Under the pieces are notes generated by a model that was not told the origin of the DNA, made no database searches, and saw only the letters and a list, made by a program, of their open reading frames with translations. From Psammoneis japonica (Eukaryota): a stretch of 64,000 nt of DNA. Positions 24,601 through 36,398 of the stretch are shown here, piece after piece (the first letter of the stretch is position 1; each line of letters begins with the position of its first letter). The stretch lies in assembly GCA_008632985.1 (NCBI GenBank), contig QPGO01000075.1, positions 2,517 through 66,516 on the forward strand, read 5' to 3'. The translations under genes and the position numbers were made by a program.

Positions 24601-25739
24601 CAGAATCATCCTCACAGGTTCAAGATTGTGGGAAGCATGGAAAACTGTCAGTTGTCCACAAGACAGAAAGTGTCTCGGACAGCTCAGAAAGGAAGGAAGA
24701 CACAGACGACAAGTTGTCGCAGTCACCCCACTGTCACGAGAAAGAAAATCCAAAGGGCTCATTTCTGAAAACAGGAACACAAACAAGGTTCAAAAGTGGC
24801 AGCTCTTTTTGGAAAGAACGCAAAGCCACAATTGCCGGATTCCACAGAAACACGGTGGTGACCTCTGAAGGCGACTGGCTGCAATTCAAGAGTGAAAAGG
24901 AGGAAGATGAAACCATCAAAGAGTGGGAACAAATTGATGTGCATGATCCAGCAATTGCCTTGGAGCCACCGCCAGGTGACCAACCCATTTGCATGTCATT
25001 GCGACTGTGGCATGTGTGCGTTGACAAGGACTTGCAAGAGTGGTTGCGGGAGGCAAAGTTGAAGCGACCAACAATTTATGACCAACTCATTGCCAAAACA
25101 ACAAAGGAATGCGGCGAAGGCAGTGCCTGGGCTGTTGCCGGACCAACTGGTGTCACAGCAAAATGTCAAACAATTGCCAAGATGAAGGACTTGGGAACCA
25201 TGCCTGAACCCAAAACAGGACCTCCATGCAAGATCTGGAAGCTGGATGGTGGCACACCAACCAGTGATTTGCTCCCAAATGACGATCATCAAAACCGCAG
25301 AAACAAGAGAGCATGCAGTGACAAACTCGCTAAAGATCGTCAAGAACGCAGTCACAAGAAAATGAAGGTGCGGTTTGAAAAAAGTCGCTCTCTTGTTCCC
25401 GGCTGTTTGGCCAGAATGAAGGTGGACAAAAGAGATCGCAACAAAGGCAACTACATCGGAATCATTGGCGTGGTGTGTGAACAACATCCGGAGAGCATGT
25501 TGGTCAAGGTGGTGACAGAAGGTGGCATCATGTCCACTTGCAACAAACCAAGAAACATTCAAGCAAGAGATTGCAGCCCTTTGCGGAACCAGCATGTGCC
25601 GGTGGCCGAAGCACTTGACAAGTGGCGACAAGAAGTCAGGGACGGCACGTTCGATGAATCATCTTGTCCAAAGATAAGTTTGAAGAAGGCCCACAAGAAT
25701 AGCACAGGAGACCAACCCAACAACATCGATCAAAAATAG
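21627..25739 (+). CDS. Transposase/integrase (HHCC + DDE, KRBA2/Ginger-like) fused to a Ulp1/SENP-like protease and a RING-like finger; TpA-mutated, probably dead
   Basis: HHQTGGH...CPTC; FQMDLVD, HADNGKEF and QGSVERSN; SSHFAVL...QTDTHSCGPRAC; CGLC..C..HLHC..CPCC. About five Tyr in 1370 aa. Confidence 0.85.
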   Translation: MSVALPPNQPDATVLTSPEKVRAVFMETKHREAFNLIAFGIKDNQFDDVSLVNNSKLMLRSEWETRVRAVKFWNTGLDGLDKKEFRKQFGNQACSWVHTHLVETNDFGCNTLFRIKKNSDGEIVSKLVVAHLEQTFDVVAQHHHQTGGHLKLARTFNDTKKKCCNVTEQLVSHCIDLCPTCSKAQPSVARVEGARVPIVSRSFRDRFQMDLVDCRKDPCQFYPGDPNSPTMKWLMVLKDHCTRLLWTTAIPSKEAKWVAKEFCHICSLIGCPLVSHADNGKEFTADQVTEAIQELNPCCSAVQGGARMPWHQGSVERSNHPIKSAIALLVEEEICKGNTNASWVMEHPKAMASLNATANKGKSECSACFHVFGMEFHELLTTVPLANLQSAKTVAERCTIIGGDYKRKMLAMGEVTEEEIAAVVSSKIGPSNLSTTDSVASAGCPPPLGTGNLTADFHAETSSPSPKKLNASASAVALFSPIKSGKSNGEQPALPRSPADTEQPNPPPSFDCSQGITKQCGGTPGQFSRCAVQACASKESPNNEEPPKANSITVPTKLVTAKESPTDMEVEKEPQTTVGLPTVLPTDTELSKAGVAKAQAKLEQFFPAATLKTQVANQKFWSKFPFNRRVALSSTRHRVTLDDGTTPKCVYPQLDCPRCCLSGKPFKVACHDNDCIHNSRSRSRWFDTQFVSSFAQLLADEGHPQNTRMLHVMHGATSLAQLQGSLNSQPISLSGSVTTLCSVANRSSHFAVLKFLLPQKTIQVFEGLGCKLTTWNDEIMCTLKRCGLVSKDSQARRVLEHEENGTPPAAKNCRSGAWKVQRGEVSAAQTDTHSCGPRACVLLWDILSPGTMPLPLQLLSPDNCRLAVMNKCHDLLENEQSKDLHFLQKVKGVTVDWEEEEHHPKVPNSDVVMIDQEDPTVPQRIRCGLCLDEELPVDMALHCCQLTLHLHCVLGCLDSDSLCPCCHSEIDEACFEKLNDDDVKLLLARSAAESSSQVQDCGKHGKLSVVHKTESVSDSSERKEDTDDKLSQSPHCHEKENPKGSFLKTGTQTRFKSGSSFWKERKATIAGFHRNTVVTSEGDWLQFKSEKEEDETIKEWEQIDVHDPAIALEPPPGDQPICMSLRLWHVCVDKDLQEWLREAKLKRPTIYDQLIAKTTKECGEGSAWAVAGPTGVTAKCQTIAKMKDLGTMPEPKTGPPCKIWKLDGGTPTSDLLPNDDHQNRRNKRACSDKLAKDRQERSHKKMKVRFEKSRSLVPGCLARMKVDKRDRNKGNYIGIIGVVCEQHPESMLVKVVTEGGIMSTCNKPRNIQARDCSPLRNQHVPVAEALDKWRQEVRDGTFDESSCPKISLKKAHKNSTGDQPNNIDQK

Positions 25740-27685
25740 TTTTGTCGCACCATCACGTGTCACTTTTCACTAAGAGGTAAACCCCCTCAACAACTTTTCA
25801 ACTTTTTTCATCATTTTGACTTTCTAGGCAAATCGGTCACAGTCATTAGAGCAAAAATGAGGAAATGAACGTTAATTAGCCGTCACTCTGGTCATTTACA
25901 TGAGACAAAAAATAACGACCTGGAGGAAAAAAGGGTGCTGTTGCAGCCGTCGCGACGCCACCATGAATGGGTCCATGCAAACAACAGGTGCTGTCCCTCC
26001 ACCGGTGGATTCCCCCCTTCCTCCTTCGATGGCACTGGTGGAGGCTGTTCTTCTGGTGGCATGTCAATCAGAAGCATGAAGGTCGGTTGGTGGATGTGTT
26101 TTCATCCCAGGTGAGAAACGCGCGTGCGGAGGTGAGACGTTTCGTCTGTCCCTTTTCCGTCGCCGTGCTTTTTGTGCGAGCAAATCTGACTGGACTTTCC
26201 CCGATTTTTCGTTTCTTCTTTCCACAGACATGTTTATTTTGAAAAGCCTCCGTCATTCTCATTGGTTGAAGGGTGCGCACAAGAAAAGCGCTGTCTCGAA
26301 AGCGGCATTTTTTGGAGTGAAACTGACAGCTGTCTGCTCGTTGTTGTTATTCTGGTGCATTTGAGAGACTGTTCTGCTGTTTCTTTCACCGAATCTGACT
26401 GCTTTGAAAGAATGCACGCATCATTCATTGTGTGAAGAGCTCACACCAAAAAAGAACGGCGTTCTAACTCCATCATTTGCATGAGAAAAATCGGGGGAAC
26501 TGACTTCACACGTGATTTTTTTGCGCGATCGGCCATTTCAAAGATCGACTGATTTGTCGACCTGTGTGGGATGCTTGAGTGAATAAAACAATGGGATTGA
26601 AACAGCAGCGTCAAAGTTCAATGTGTGTCTGGTCATTGTGTGATTTGACATGCCCAAGCAGAGTTGAAGATGAAATGTTGACAAAATTTCACCGCTCAAA
26701 ATGACTGGTTCTATCTTAGAATAAAACAAAATGGCTGCAACACTGAGACATCGCTGATGGCATTGTTCCGCTTTACAACAATGAAACTGTCACACTTGCA
26801 TCTGAGATTCTTTGTCCTCACACACCCTCAAAACCGAACACATGATGATTCTCTTGTCGGCAGCGAAATCTGATGTTGTCGCACGACCCAAAAGCATCGT
26901 CCATGACGACTCAAAGTGCGGATGATGCATCACAAGAATCACAGCAACGTGTCACAGAAACATTCTTCGTTGTCAGCATCCGGTGTCAAGCAGATGGAGC
27001 AGCGCGTTGATGAGAATCCTGCTTCGCAAGCTGAGGAAGAGAGAAAGAGGCATCAAAAACATCATGAGTCAAAAGGCCATCCACAAGGCACAACAAAAAA
27101 CAAAGATCAAATTTTCAACCACATCATCGCATTGAGCGTTGTCTCATTGACCTGTCTCGGCATTCTTGCCTTCTCAGTCACAACATCCGTTGGTGCAAGA
27201 ATGGACGAGTTCATGGCGATGGCATGGTGCCATTTTCGGTTTGCGCGAATTGTGGTTTGTGGTTCGAGACATGGAAAAACACACTTTTGCTGTCATGGAG
27301 CTCGTTTTCTACAAAGATTTTTGGCACTGAATGCACGTCTCATGTAGAAACACGTAGAAAACCTCGTGATGTGTCCAAAAGTTTCTCACCCAGGATGAAA
27401 ACACATCGGTGCCACGTCGACATCATGCGGCAATGCACTGTAAAACAACAGGTCAATGGGCGGTGCGCACAATGTGCACACAGTCTTACCTGCATGCAGA
27501 AAACATGCTGAAATGCTCTGCAGGAAATTTTCATCGCAATGCTTTGCATGTTCCAAAATTTTGAATTGAAAATTTCGAATCAAATTGAAACAAACAACGC
27601 TCATTTGACAAATCATTGTGCAGCAATTTGGTGACTGCATGTTGAACATTTTCGGATTCTTAAGAAAAAAAATGTGATGTTTTAA

Positions 27686-28526
27686 GGGTGGTCGGTTGCC
27701 ACTTTTTTTAGCTCGAATTCGGCCGAACAGCTCGTGTTTTGCATGATTTTTCCTGGATTTCACCGTGCTTCACCGTGGTGAAAACAACAAGCCATAAGTC
27801 TGTGATGGAGGTGGTCCGTCTGCCAACTCTCATTTATTTTATGTTTGTTGTGTGTCAAAGATTGCACGCACATGAAAAGTTGGTGGACGGCAAACTGCGT
27901 TTTTGAGAAATGTCGATGATTGTCATTGTCGTCGTGCTTCGATCGCAGTGCTGATGGTTCTCGTTTTCGTGCGCGATCGGGTGTGACTGTGAACAATTCT
28001 TGCATTCAAAAATGAACACTGTAAAAAACCTGCGGCATTCTCAAGGGGGGTCATCCCCGCGTTTGTCCCAAAATTGCCGTTGCATTTGAATGAGGTTTTT
28101 TGCAGTGTTCATTTTTGAATGCAAGAATTGTTCACAGTCACACCCGATCGCGCACGAAAACGAGAACCATCAGCACTGCGATCGAAGCACGACGACAATG
28201 ACAATCATCGACATTTCTCAAAAACGCAGTTTGCCGTCTACCAACTTTTCATGTGTGCACGCAATCTTTGACACACAACAAACACAAAATAAATGAGAGT
28301 TGGCAGATGGACCACCGATTGCCGTCTACCAACTTTTCATGTGTGTGCAATCTTTGACACGTGACAAACATGAAACAAATGAGAGTTGGCAGACGGACCA
28401 CCTCCGTCACAGACTTATGGCTTGTTGTTTTCACCACGGTGAAGCACGGTGAAATTCAGGAAAAATCATGCAAAACACGAGCCATTCGGCCGAATTCGAG
28501 CTAAAAAAAGTAGCAACCGACCACCC
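27686..28526. mobile_element. Foldback/MITE element nested in the Ginger-like element
   Basis: Inverted arms 27686-28031 and 28093-28526 (the right arm has an internal ~88-bp duplication) around a ~61-bp spacer. Ends GGGTGGTCGGTTGC; flanks TTAA (left) and TCAA (right). Confidence 0.85.
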
Positions 28527-29005
28527 TCAATAATCCGTGCCGTTGATTCTTGTTAAAACCAGCAGGACGAGCTATCATAGAATTTATCACTCAACGGAAA
28601 TCCGATTCTCGAGAATCGGAATTCGGATTCTTAAGAATGGGAATTCACGACTTTCGTCGTGACAGATCTTCACTGCGCTGCCGCCGACACCGTGGACACA
28701 CTAATCCTGCAAGGTTCGTTCGCTCGCCAATAGCAATGATGACGTGCATGCTTTCCGATACACGTTAAATCCTGCTACGTCAGCAGTACGGTTGCCTCAT
28801 TTTTTTTTTGCGCGGGCACTTCACAATCTTCAACTTCCCACGATAGACCGTGAAGGTTCACGCTAACATCAGTATTCTGCTGCTGTATTATTATTTCTGA
28901 CGATCCCTTTACCTTGATCTCCGAGCAAAGACCACCTGACTGCTGCAATAGTAAGTTCTAAAGAAGTGGCATAGCGAGCAGAAGTTGCTGAGCTCGAGAG
29001 GAAGT

Positions 29006-32000
29006 ATGGAGAATATCGATAATGAGCAGCATCCCACGAGGGATCCAGAAGCTCTCGAGAACGGAGAAGAGCAAGATGAGGTCCATCCTGACGAGACAGA
29101 GGCACACGTACGTTTTGAAGAACTTACAAGAGACTCATCGACAGTCATGAGCACTGAGTCTGCTTTGTCAGAGGGGACACCGTTGAGAAGAGAAGGAATC
29201 ATCCAGGGTAAAGATGCTGAGGAGGATCCCAATCGCGGCAGTGTTACGCCTTCCGCGCAATCTCGCAGTTCTAGTCTCGAACTCAGAAAGTCGCCAGTCA
29301 GTCTGTTGTTAATGCCTGATGCGGAGTTTAAAGAGCTACAAGAATTAGAAAATGAAAAGCAGGATACGAAGGAACGTGTGGGGATTGTCAGAATGACGTG
29401 TTTGAATCCAAAGTTTGATTTGCGAACGCAGCTGATGCTTGCCTTTGACAGTCTCAACTTTGTTACCATCTTTTTAGTGGTACTGATTTGTGTTATTGTT
29501 TCGCAGCAAACGGGAAACAATATCAAGGAGATAAGCTCGGACACATTTTCGAATCTTGCCGAACGAATTCACGGACGAACAGCTCGGTATTTAGCCGAAT
29601 CGTTGGAACACCGGATTATCCCCCGAGACGCGGTTGAGATCATGTATCAAGTGACACGAGATCGTTTCCAGGGATATCCGACGTTTCTGGATGACTCACA
29701 AGTACCCTTTCGCAATATGGTTAACAATGAAAACGTGTATCCCATTGTTGGTACACCACTTCCTTTGGACTGGGAAATGTCCTCTTTGGTTACAGCGGAA
29801 ACGAGTGAGGAACATGTACAAGGAAGATGGGGTTGGTACGACGGGCACCCATTCAGTACCGCAAATGCGTTCTTTGTGATGCAAGGTGCTTGTAATCCGT
29901 CCGAAACAGACCCAATGGCGAGAACGTATTGGCCAAACTGCACGGATGCAAACAATGATATATCAACTGGTGGAATCATGAAGCCTTCAAATCTTACACA
30001 ATTCATATACGAAAAGGCTAGCGACTTGGTCCCAACCATGAAGGCCCTGTATGAGTACAACCAAGACGTTCGGGAGATTGGTGTCTATTTCGCCAATCAA
30101 GGTGTGGGTGCTTCCATCTCCTTTCCGCACTATGAACTGGATTCACAAAACACCTACACTGCGACTGGCTGCGATTGGATGAAGGAGCCGAACCCATATG
30201 ATCCTTCAAGGTCTATTGGAACACAAGAAGAAATCGACAAGTGTTATGAGGAAGGTACATTGCTGTCGTCTCGGGAATATAGTCCGTTGGGAAGAGCTTG
30301 GTGTCGAGATCAAGCACTCCACCCAGAAAAGGTCTTGGTAGACGGACCCTTCCTTGATGCATGGATAGACAGCAACTGGCTGCTTTCATCAGGAAGAGCT
30401 GTGTATGATCGGATCACAAAGGAGTTTGTCGCTTGTATATTTGTGGGCATGTCGACATCGTTCGTAGACGACATTGTTCGAGAGTCTCGTGTTACTCGGA
30501 ATTCTGCGGTATCTGTTGTCCGTTGGGACCCAAAAGGCACCGTAGTGGCCTCTTCTGCCTGGAACTTTGCTGACGGGCGAGAAACAGTCACAATTGCGAA
30601 TCTCAGGCTCGGAATGACAAACGAAACCTACAATGATCTTTACAGTCTGGTGAATTACAAGGAGAAATGGGACCCGATCCAAGTACAACAAGCATACGAG
30701 AGCTTCAGTTCCAAAGCAGATGGCTTTGTAGTGTCAGCCTATCCCATACCCCCCGTCCCTAGTGAATTTGATTCGAGCTACCGTCCAATCTTTCTGGCCA
30801 TGTCGTCTGCTGATGAATCGGATGTATTCGGCAAGGTAGACGAAGTCAATGAAGACGTTGACGATCGTGTGAACAACGCAATTTGGTTCTCTGTTATTGT
30901 CGGCACTGCTGGCTTTGTTCTTGCCACCATTATCATCATACTTACTGCCACCGCCATAACAAGGCCCTTACAAAGAATGAACAAGAAAGCGGAATTAATT
31001 GTTGGTAATTTTGATGACGACAATTTAGATGAGCACGCAATCAAGCCGATCGCTACAAAATCTCCGCGCTGCGTCCCCAAAACTGAGATAACCGACGTTG
31101 TCAATGAATTTAATAAAATGACAGTGTCGTTCAGCGGGTCGCTCATGGCGAGATCGGAGGGTGGGAAATACGTGGAAGTCAGAAATGTCTTTGATATGCG
31201 AGACGACTTTATGAGCCTCTACGCGAAACGCAAAGAGACTGGTATTCCGTTCGAGGTTCCCGAGCAAAAAGCAAGTTCGTCGCTGGATGAATCTGGCCTT
31301 CCTTCGGCGGAGAAAGGAGGAGCGTCCGTGAACAAAGGAAGCTCGAATGGCAGCGGAGATGTTTCAGAAATGCTCACGTCACCTTTCCAGTTTCGTCATG
31401 CTGGCACAAATCTGAAAGTTCGTAAGCCTATTTTGAGGCAGACGTTCAGCTCAAGTGACATCTTAGCTCGTTCTGAGAAGCGCCCTTCTCCTCTTTTCAT
31501 GTGGATTGTGCTACTTATCGTTACTCCTCTTCTCCTCACCACAATCACGATATCCGCTGTCGTCATTTCGGAGATGTCTAATGAGTTCGATGAAAGCGTA
31601 AAGGACGTGGAATCGCATTTTCTGGATGTTGAAGTCAAGGCGCTGTCCGTCTACGTCGGTCTCAGGGCGAGCTTTGTTTCAACCTACACAAGCAGATCGG
31701 TACGCGACCTTTATCTAATGACCCGAGTTGCCAGCTGGTTACTGTTTGATGGCCTGAGCCGAGCTGACACCTTCACAGAGTCAGTCACAGCCGTGAACGA
31801 ATGCTTAGATGCTAAATCATCCGAGACTTGTCCATGGACTATAGAAAATCGGGTTTGTGATTGTGCATGGAACTATGACGGCGTTGAATGCGAGAGCTAC
31901 TCTGAAGTTGATTCTCGCAACTTGCAATTTCCTTATTTTTTTGTCTCGTCCGACGCTGCCCTACCCAACGGAACTAGGTTCAAGACTGCGTTTCCAGATA

Positions 32001-34443
32001 ACTCAGTCTCTCCGCAAACGACGCTTTGGTGGGACGGCCCTTTTGACTTGCCAGGCAATGCCGCGAACGAGACAGCTTCTGGGTATTCGACTACTTATGA
32101 TCGCTTGCAAGTTATTTCTGCGTTTCCCCTTTTTCCTGTTTTAAGTAACTACGATGCACAGAAAGAAAATGCTATGGGCCATTTCATTGCGTTTGAAGAA
32201 GATGTAAGAAAGACGTACGGCATTTGATAAATTGCTGTTCCTTTCCGCCACCTTTCTCAACTTTTCTTACTCTCTCTACTAGGGCCTATTCTTTGCTTAC
32301 GAAGGTTGTTTCAATTCTGCTCACTCCTTTGCTGCTTTTTGGCAATCGACAGTAGAGAATGGAGCGGAACACCTTCGTCCACAACTTTGTCCTCTTGACA
32401 AGTACGGTTTTGACCCTCGGTAAGGAAAATGATTGTTGTCCGCTTTCGTGGTTTCTTTCACGATTTATCACTTGCTTATCCATCAATAGCTGTCGCGAGT
32501 GGTACGACACAGGAAGAAGGAGGGCACTACAGGAAGGAGACTTCCTGTACATCACTGCACCATATGAATTCGCTGAGGGAAAAACTATTGCACAGAGTGC
32601 GACGTCTCCTCTTATTGATCCTAGAACAGGATCGTACGTGGGGCAAACGTCGCTGGATTTCTCTGTCACGGACATCTTTAATGTCTTGACAAGTAGTACG
32701 CCACTAGCCCCTGGTGGATTCCCATTGCTGATTACACCGACGGCGGATACGTATGGTGGAGACACTGTGATTGGACCTGGCCTCAATGGTTCGGTTGCGT
32801 CACAATCTGTGTCACAAGTGGTGATACCGCTTGACCAGGACTGTCGGGGCGTTGAGAGATGCTCATACAACAGCCTAAGATTCGATACTATTGTAGCATC
32901 CATGAAGACAGGACAGAGCTCCACGGTGATGTTTGAGAGAACAATAGCCGACGGAAATACTGAAACTGTTTACATGGCATTTGCGCCAATCAATGTTCAA
33001 TACCTTGACCCAGAGAACGTTTCTGACTTTTCACGTGGTGCTTCTGTGAAGAATCACTTAATCTACTCGTTGGGCCTTGCAGAAAGTAAGCAAGGTATGC
33101 TCGAGCCCTTCTCAGATACACAGGCAGAGATGCAGAGGCAGATAAACACGGCTATCGCAATTGTTGCCGCTGTCATTGTCGTTGCCGTGGTCGCCGCTGT
33201 CGCGATTTCATACTTGGTTGCACGATCAATTTCAGAGCCCATGGCGTATCTTCTCGAATTAATTCGTATGCTCAATCGCGATGATACAAAACAGGATCCT
33301 CCGGTGGTTGATCAAAACAAGGGGTCAAAAGAGATAGTCAATGTGTCGAACACCATGGAATCGCTCTATAGAGTTGTACGGTTGGCCAATTTATCCTTCT
33401 ACCTTGGGGATTTAGAAGCAGCGTACCGGGTGCTTGTAGACGCTTTGCGTCTCTTCAAGCGCCTTGACAACAAGAAAGCCATCGGCGTTGCTTGTAACAA
33501 CCTCGGGAACGCCATGTTGGCCATGTACCGTGAAATGCAGATCGAAAAGGTGGATTCTAAGTTCGGACTGACGCGCAAGGACATTATTGCAAAGGGCACC
33601 GCATATTTTCATGAGGCGATTCAAGTGGGAGAGAAAGCGTATGACGATTTCTTTGAGGTTGAAGGATGGTCTCCTAATTGTCTTGATTTCATGCAACACT
33701 TATCCAATCGTTATTTCAATCGTGCCGTCTTTCTTCTCACCGTGAAGAAAGATCATGATCAGCCTGAAGAGATTGAGAGCCTTGGTTTTCGAGACTTGGA
33801 TATCGCTCGAGACATGGATGGAGAGATTGAGAGCCAGGGCGAAGAGAGTGGCTGGGGCAGTTTGAATCGGTCAGAGAAATTGTTTAATGTCCACTTGGTT
33901 CGAATAAGAGGATATCTATTGCTTCTCGAGTTAGGATATAGTGATGTATGGGAGATTGACGAAAGCCTTCGGGATCTCTATGCTATGCTGTCCTCTGAAT
34001 CTAAGAAGGAGTCCTCGGACTTGTTCCTAGAAATGAACCAAGTGGGTCGTCTCCAGCAGGCCGAGACGGAGACGATGAGGCACTTTTTGATTAAAAAGGA
34101 CATTGTCACTGCCGCAACAGTTGCTATTCGTATGATGATGGAAGATGAACTGATTTTGTTTGATTCAATGGTGAAGGCGGTTAGAGTTCTCTTCGCTTAT
34201 GTCGGTTGCAACGGTAATAGTTTCGATGAGGCGACAAGGTCTCGCCTAGAGGAAGATCTTGAAGACATCATGGATGACCTCCGAGATTATTACGACTCAA
34301 GGAGACACTCTGCGGCCTCCACCCGTACTCACACAATCGCATCCAAATCTCTTCGAAATATCGGATCTTCGTCTTTAAAGACGAGGCGCACGTCAACTTT
34401 GTCTGACCAGTCTGGTCAATTTGGAACAATGGAACAATTCTAG
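29006..34443 (+). CDS. Large membrane protein with two extracellular dCache-like domains, HAMP-like linkers and a C-terminal TPR-like region
   Basis: Four TM segments; YSPLGRAW and spliced FDPRCREWY dCache motifs; ITRPL/ISEPM HAMP-like starts; KAIGVACNNLGN TPR-like segment. Introns 32204-32282 and 32420-32489 give a continuous frame. Confidence 0.75.
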
Positions 34444-36398
34444 TAGTTTCTCGATTATTTTTTTGCCCTGGGTTGTTGTGGCAGAAGCAAAGTTTTTTGC
34501 TGTTATGATGCGGGATCCGCGATTCTGCAACCTTTCCACTCTTGTTCAACACTTTGGAGTCTTTCGAAAGTCGATTGAAAGTGTCGCAGCGATACTTCTC
34601 AATGTTGTCTTGCTTTCTAAGATTGTCATGTGGTATTAGGAATCTAAAGACTAGCGTATCGCGTTGATATTGTTGTAAGGATCGGCAACAGTCTAAGCCG
34701 CTCCTCTCCTCCGATGTGTTTTTGAGAATGAAATATTGTGAGTTGTGATAGCGACTGAAGAATGAGCCCCGCCTGCCTTTCATAATAGAGTCAGGATAAA
34801 ATTAATTTAATGGTTTTAATTCATATTCGGCGCTGAATTTTAATAAGAGCGAGCCGTTTTTCTCACAAAAACTCACAACGACACCACACGGAGTGAGGAG
34901 TGAGTCGTCGTACGATCGAAGTCATCGACAATGATTTGATGCTCGTCAGCTGTCCCGAGTTCACCACCCAGTAATATCCCGTCCACTAGCCTATCCGCTG
35001 GGCCAATTGATGTTGTATCTGCTCAGAAAGAAACCGTCTGATGATGCATCTCCTCAGAAGCCGGCAACGACACCTTTGACCTTTGACGGGTTTGCCGCCT
35101 AGTGAAGTCCGTTGACTCGCCCTTCCGCTCGGCGAGCTGATATGACGACCAACCCTTCGACGGTGCCCCTACGTTAGCACTCTGCAATGCCAAGTGCAGC
35201 TCCCCGTTGACGTGCCATCCAACGCGCCATCAGCAGAACCAAGCGATGTTCGGAAGCACTTCGTGCTCTGACGACGAACGTGAATGATGAATCGTATGAT
35301 GCACAAGGAAAGAAAAAGAGAATCGACAAAAGATGCACTTCGATGGGATTTACCATTGCTAGGAGCCACTTGGACCGATCCATTTCTTTCCTTGTCATGT
35401 TGCGATATCTGTTCTCGCGAGTTGTTTTCCGACTGCTCTTATCCCACTCCATCCCCAAAATCTCCACGTATTATCGTTCGCCGCTCCTCAGCCATGTTAC
35501 AAGGAGTTGTCGTCATACGTCAGACGACTTACCTGTGAGTACAATATGTTATGTGTAAGACGTCATAAGATGGACTTGATCCTTGAGACGCGATTGAACG
35601 TTGCGAGAAGAAAGAGTGTGTCTTTTTCACCCCAACCCCATCATTCAGACCCTCTCTTATTTCACCATTCTAGGGGGTGTCCCGACCGCCTCGAGTGAGG
35701 GAGAACCAAATGACGTAGCCACTGCTGAAAGTGACTTGGAAGGTTCTCTTGACATTGATCAATACGACATAGCTACCAACCCCCGTTCGACCTCCATGAG
35801 TTTTGTTAAGAAGCGGCGTATTCTCTTGATCTGATCCAAGCAAAGGCCGTTTTCTTGCAATCTTCATATTCTCGATAATGGATTTCTGCAGCACGAAGAA
35901 AGGTTGCTCTTGGCAGGCTTCCACTTCATATTCTATCAGAGAACACTGCCTTGTCCATGGCAATGTTTTCGCAAAGTAAGGACAAATCGCTTTTCAGTCC
36001 GATTTTGATCTTTCGGATGAGGACAAGGAAGGAGGCTTTGGCCTTTGTCACGGATGTTTTAAGAGAAACGGCTGAAGAGGCAGCGTTGCATACCGATACC
36101 ATCACACATAATCGACGACTTCGACATCATGTTGATCGAGTCGAGAAAGTCTGCTGAGCCATACGAGCACCACGCAGGTTTTGCGAATACGCAGCCGCGA
36201 TAAAAGACTACAGTGTTCCGTTCTGGATCTTCGATCTTATTCCGCATCACGATGGACACACGAAAGCCGTTTTAGTGATGATATCGCTACAAACTTGCTT
36301 TAATCGATGACATGTACTAATAACAAGGCTGTGACTGTTGTTCGAAAGGGCGAGCTAAGCCTGTGGTCGAACATACTTACGATCTACATCTTATCATT

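Larger units (their letters stand above)
21315..28664 (+). mobile_element. Ginger-like (integrase-type) DNA transposon with TGT...ACA ends and a 4-bp GATC target-site duplication
   Basis: Left end GATC|TGTTACGACGA, right end TCGTCGTGACA|GATC. Subterminal palindromes GATTCTYRAGAATC at both ends. Encodes a DDE integrase. Confidence 0.8.

Noticed and set aside
34900..36260. Possible small spliced gene between the dCache and DUF3638 genes
   Set aside because: Splice-like sites are present, but I could not assemble an uninterrupted frame or recognise a domain.
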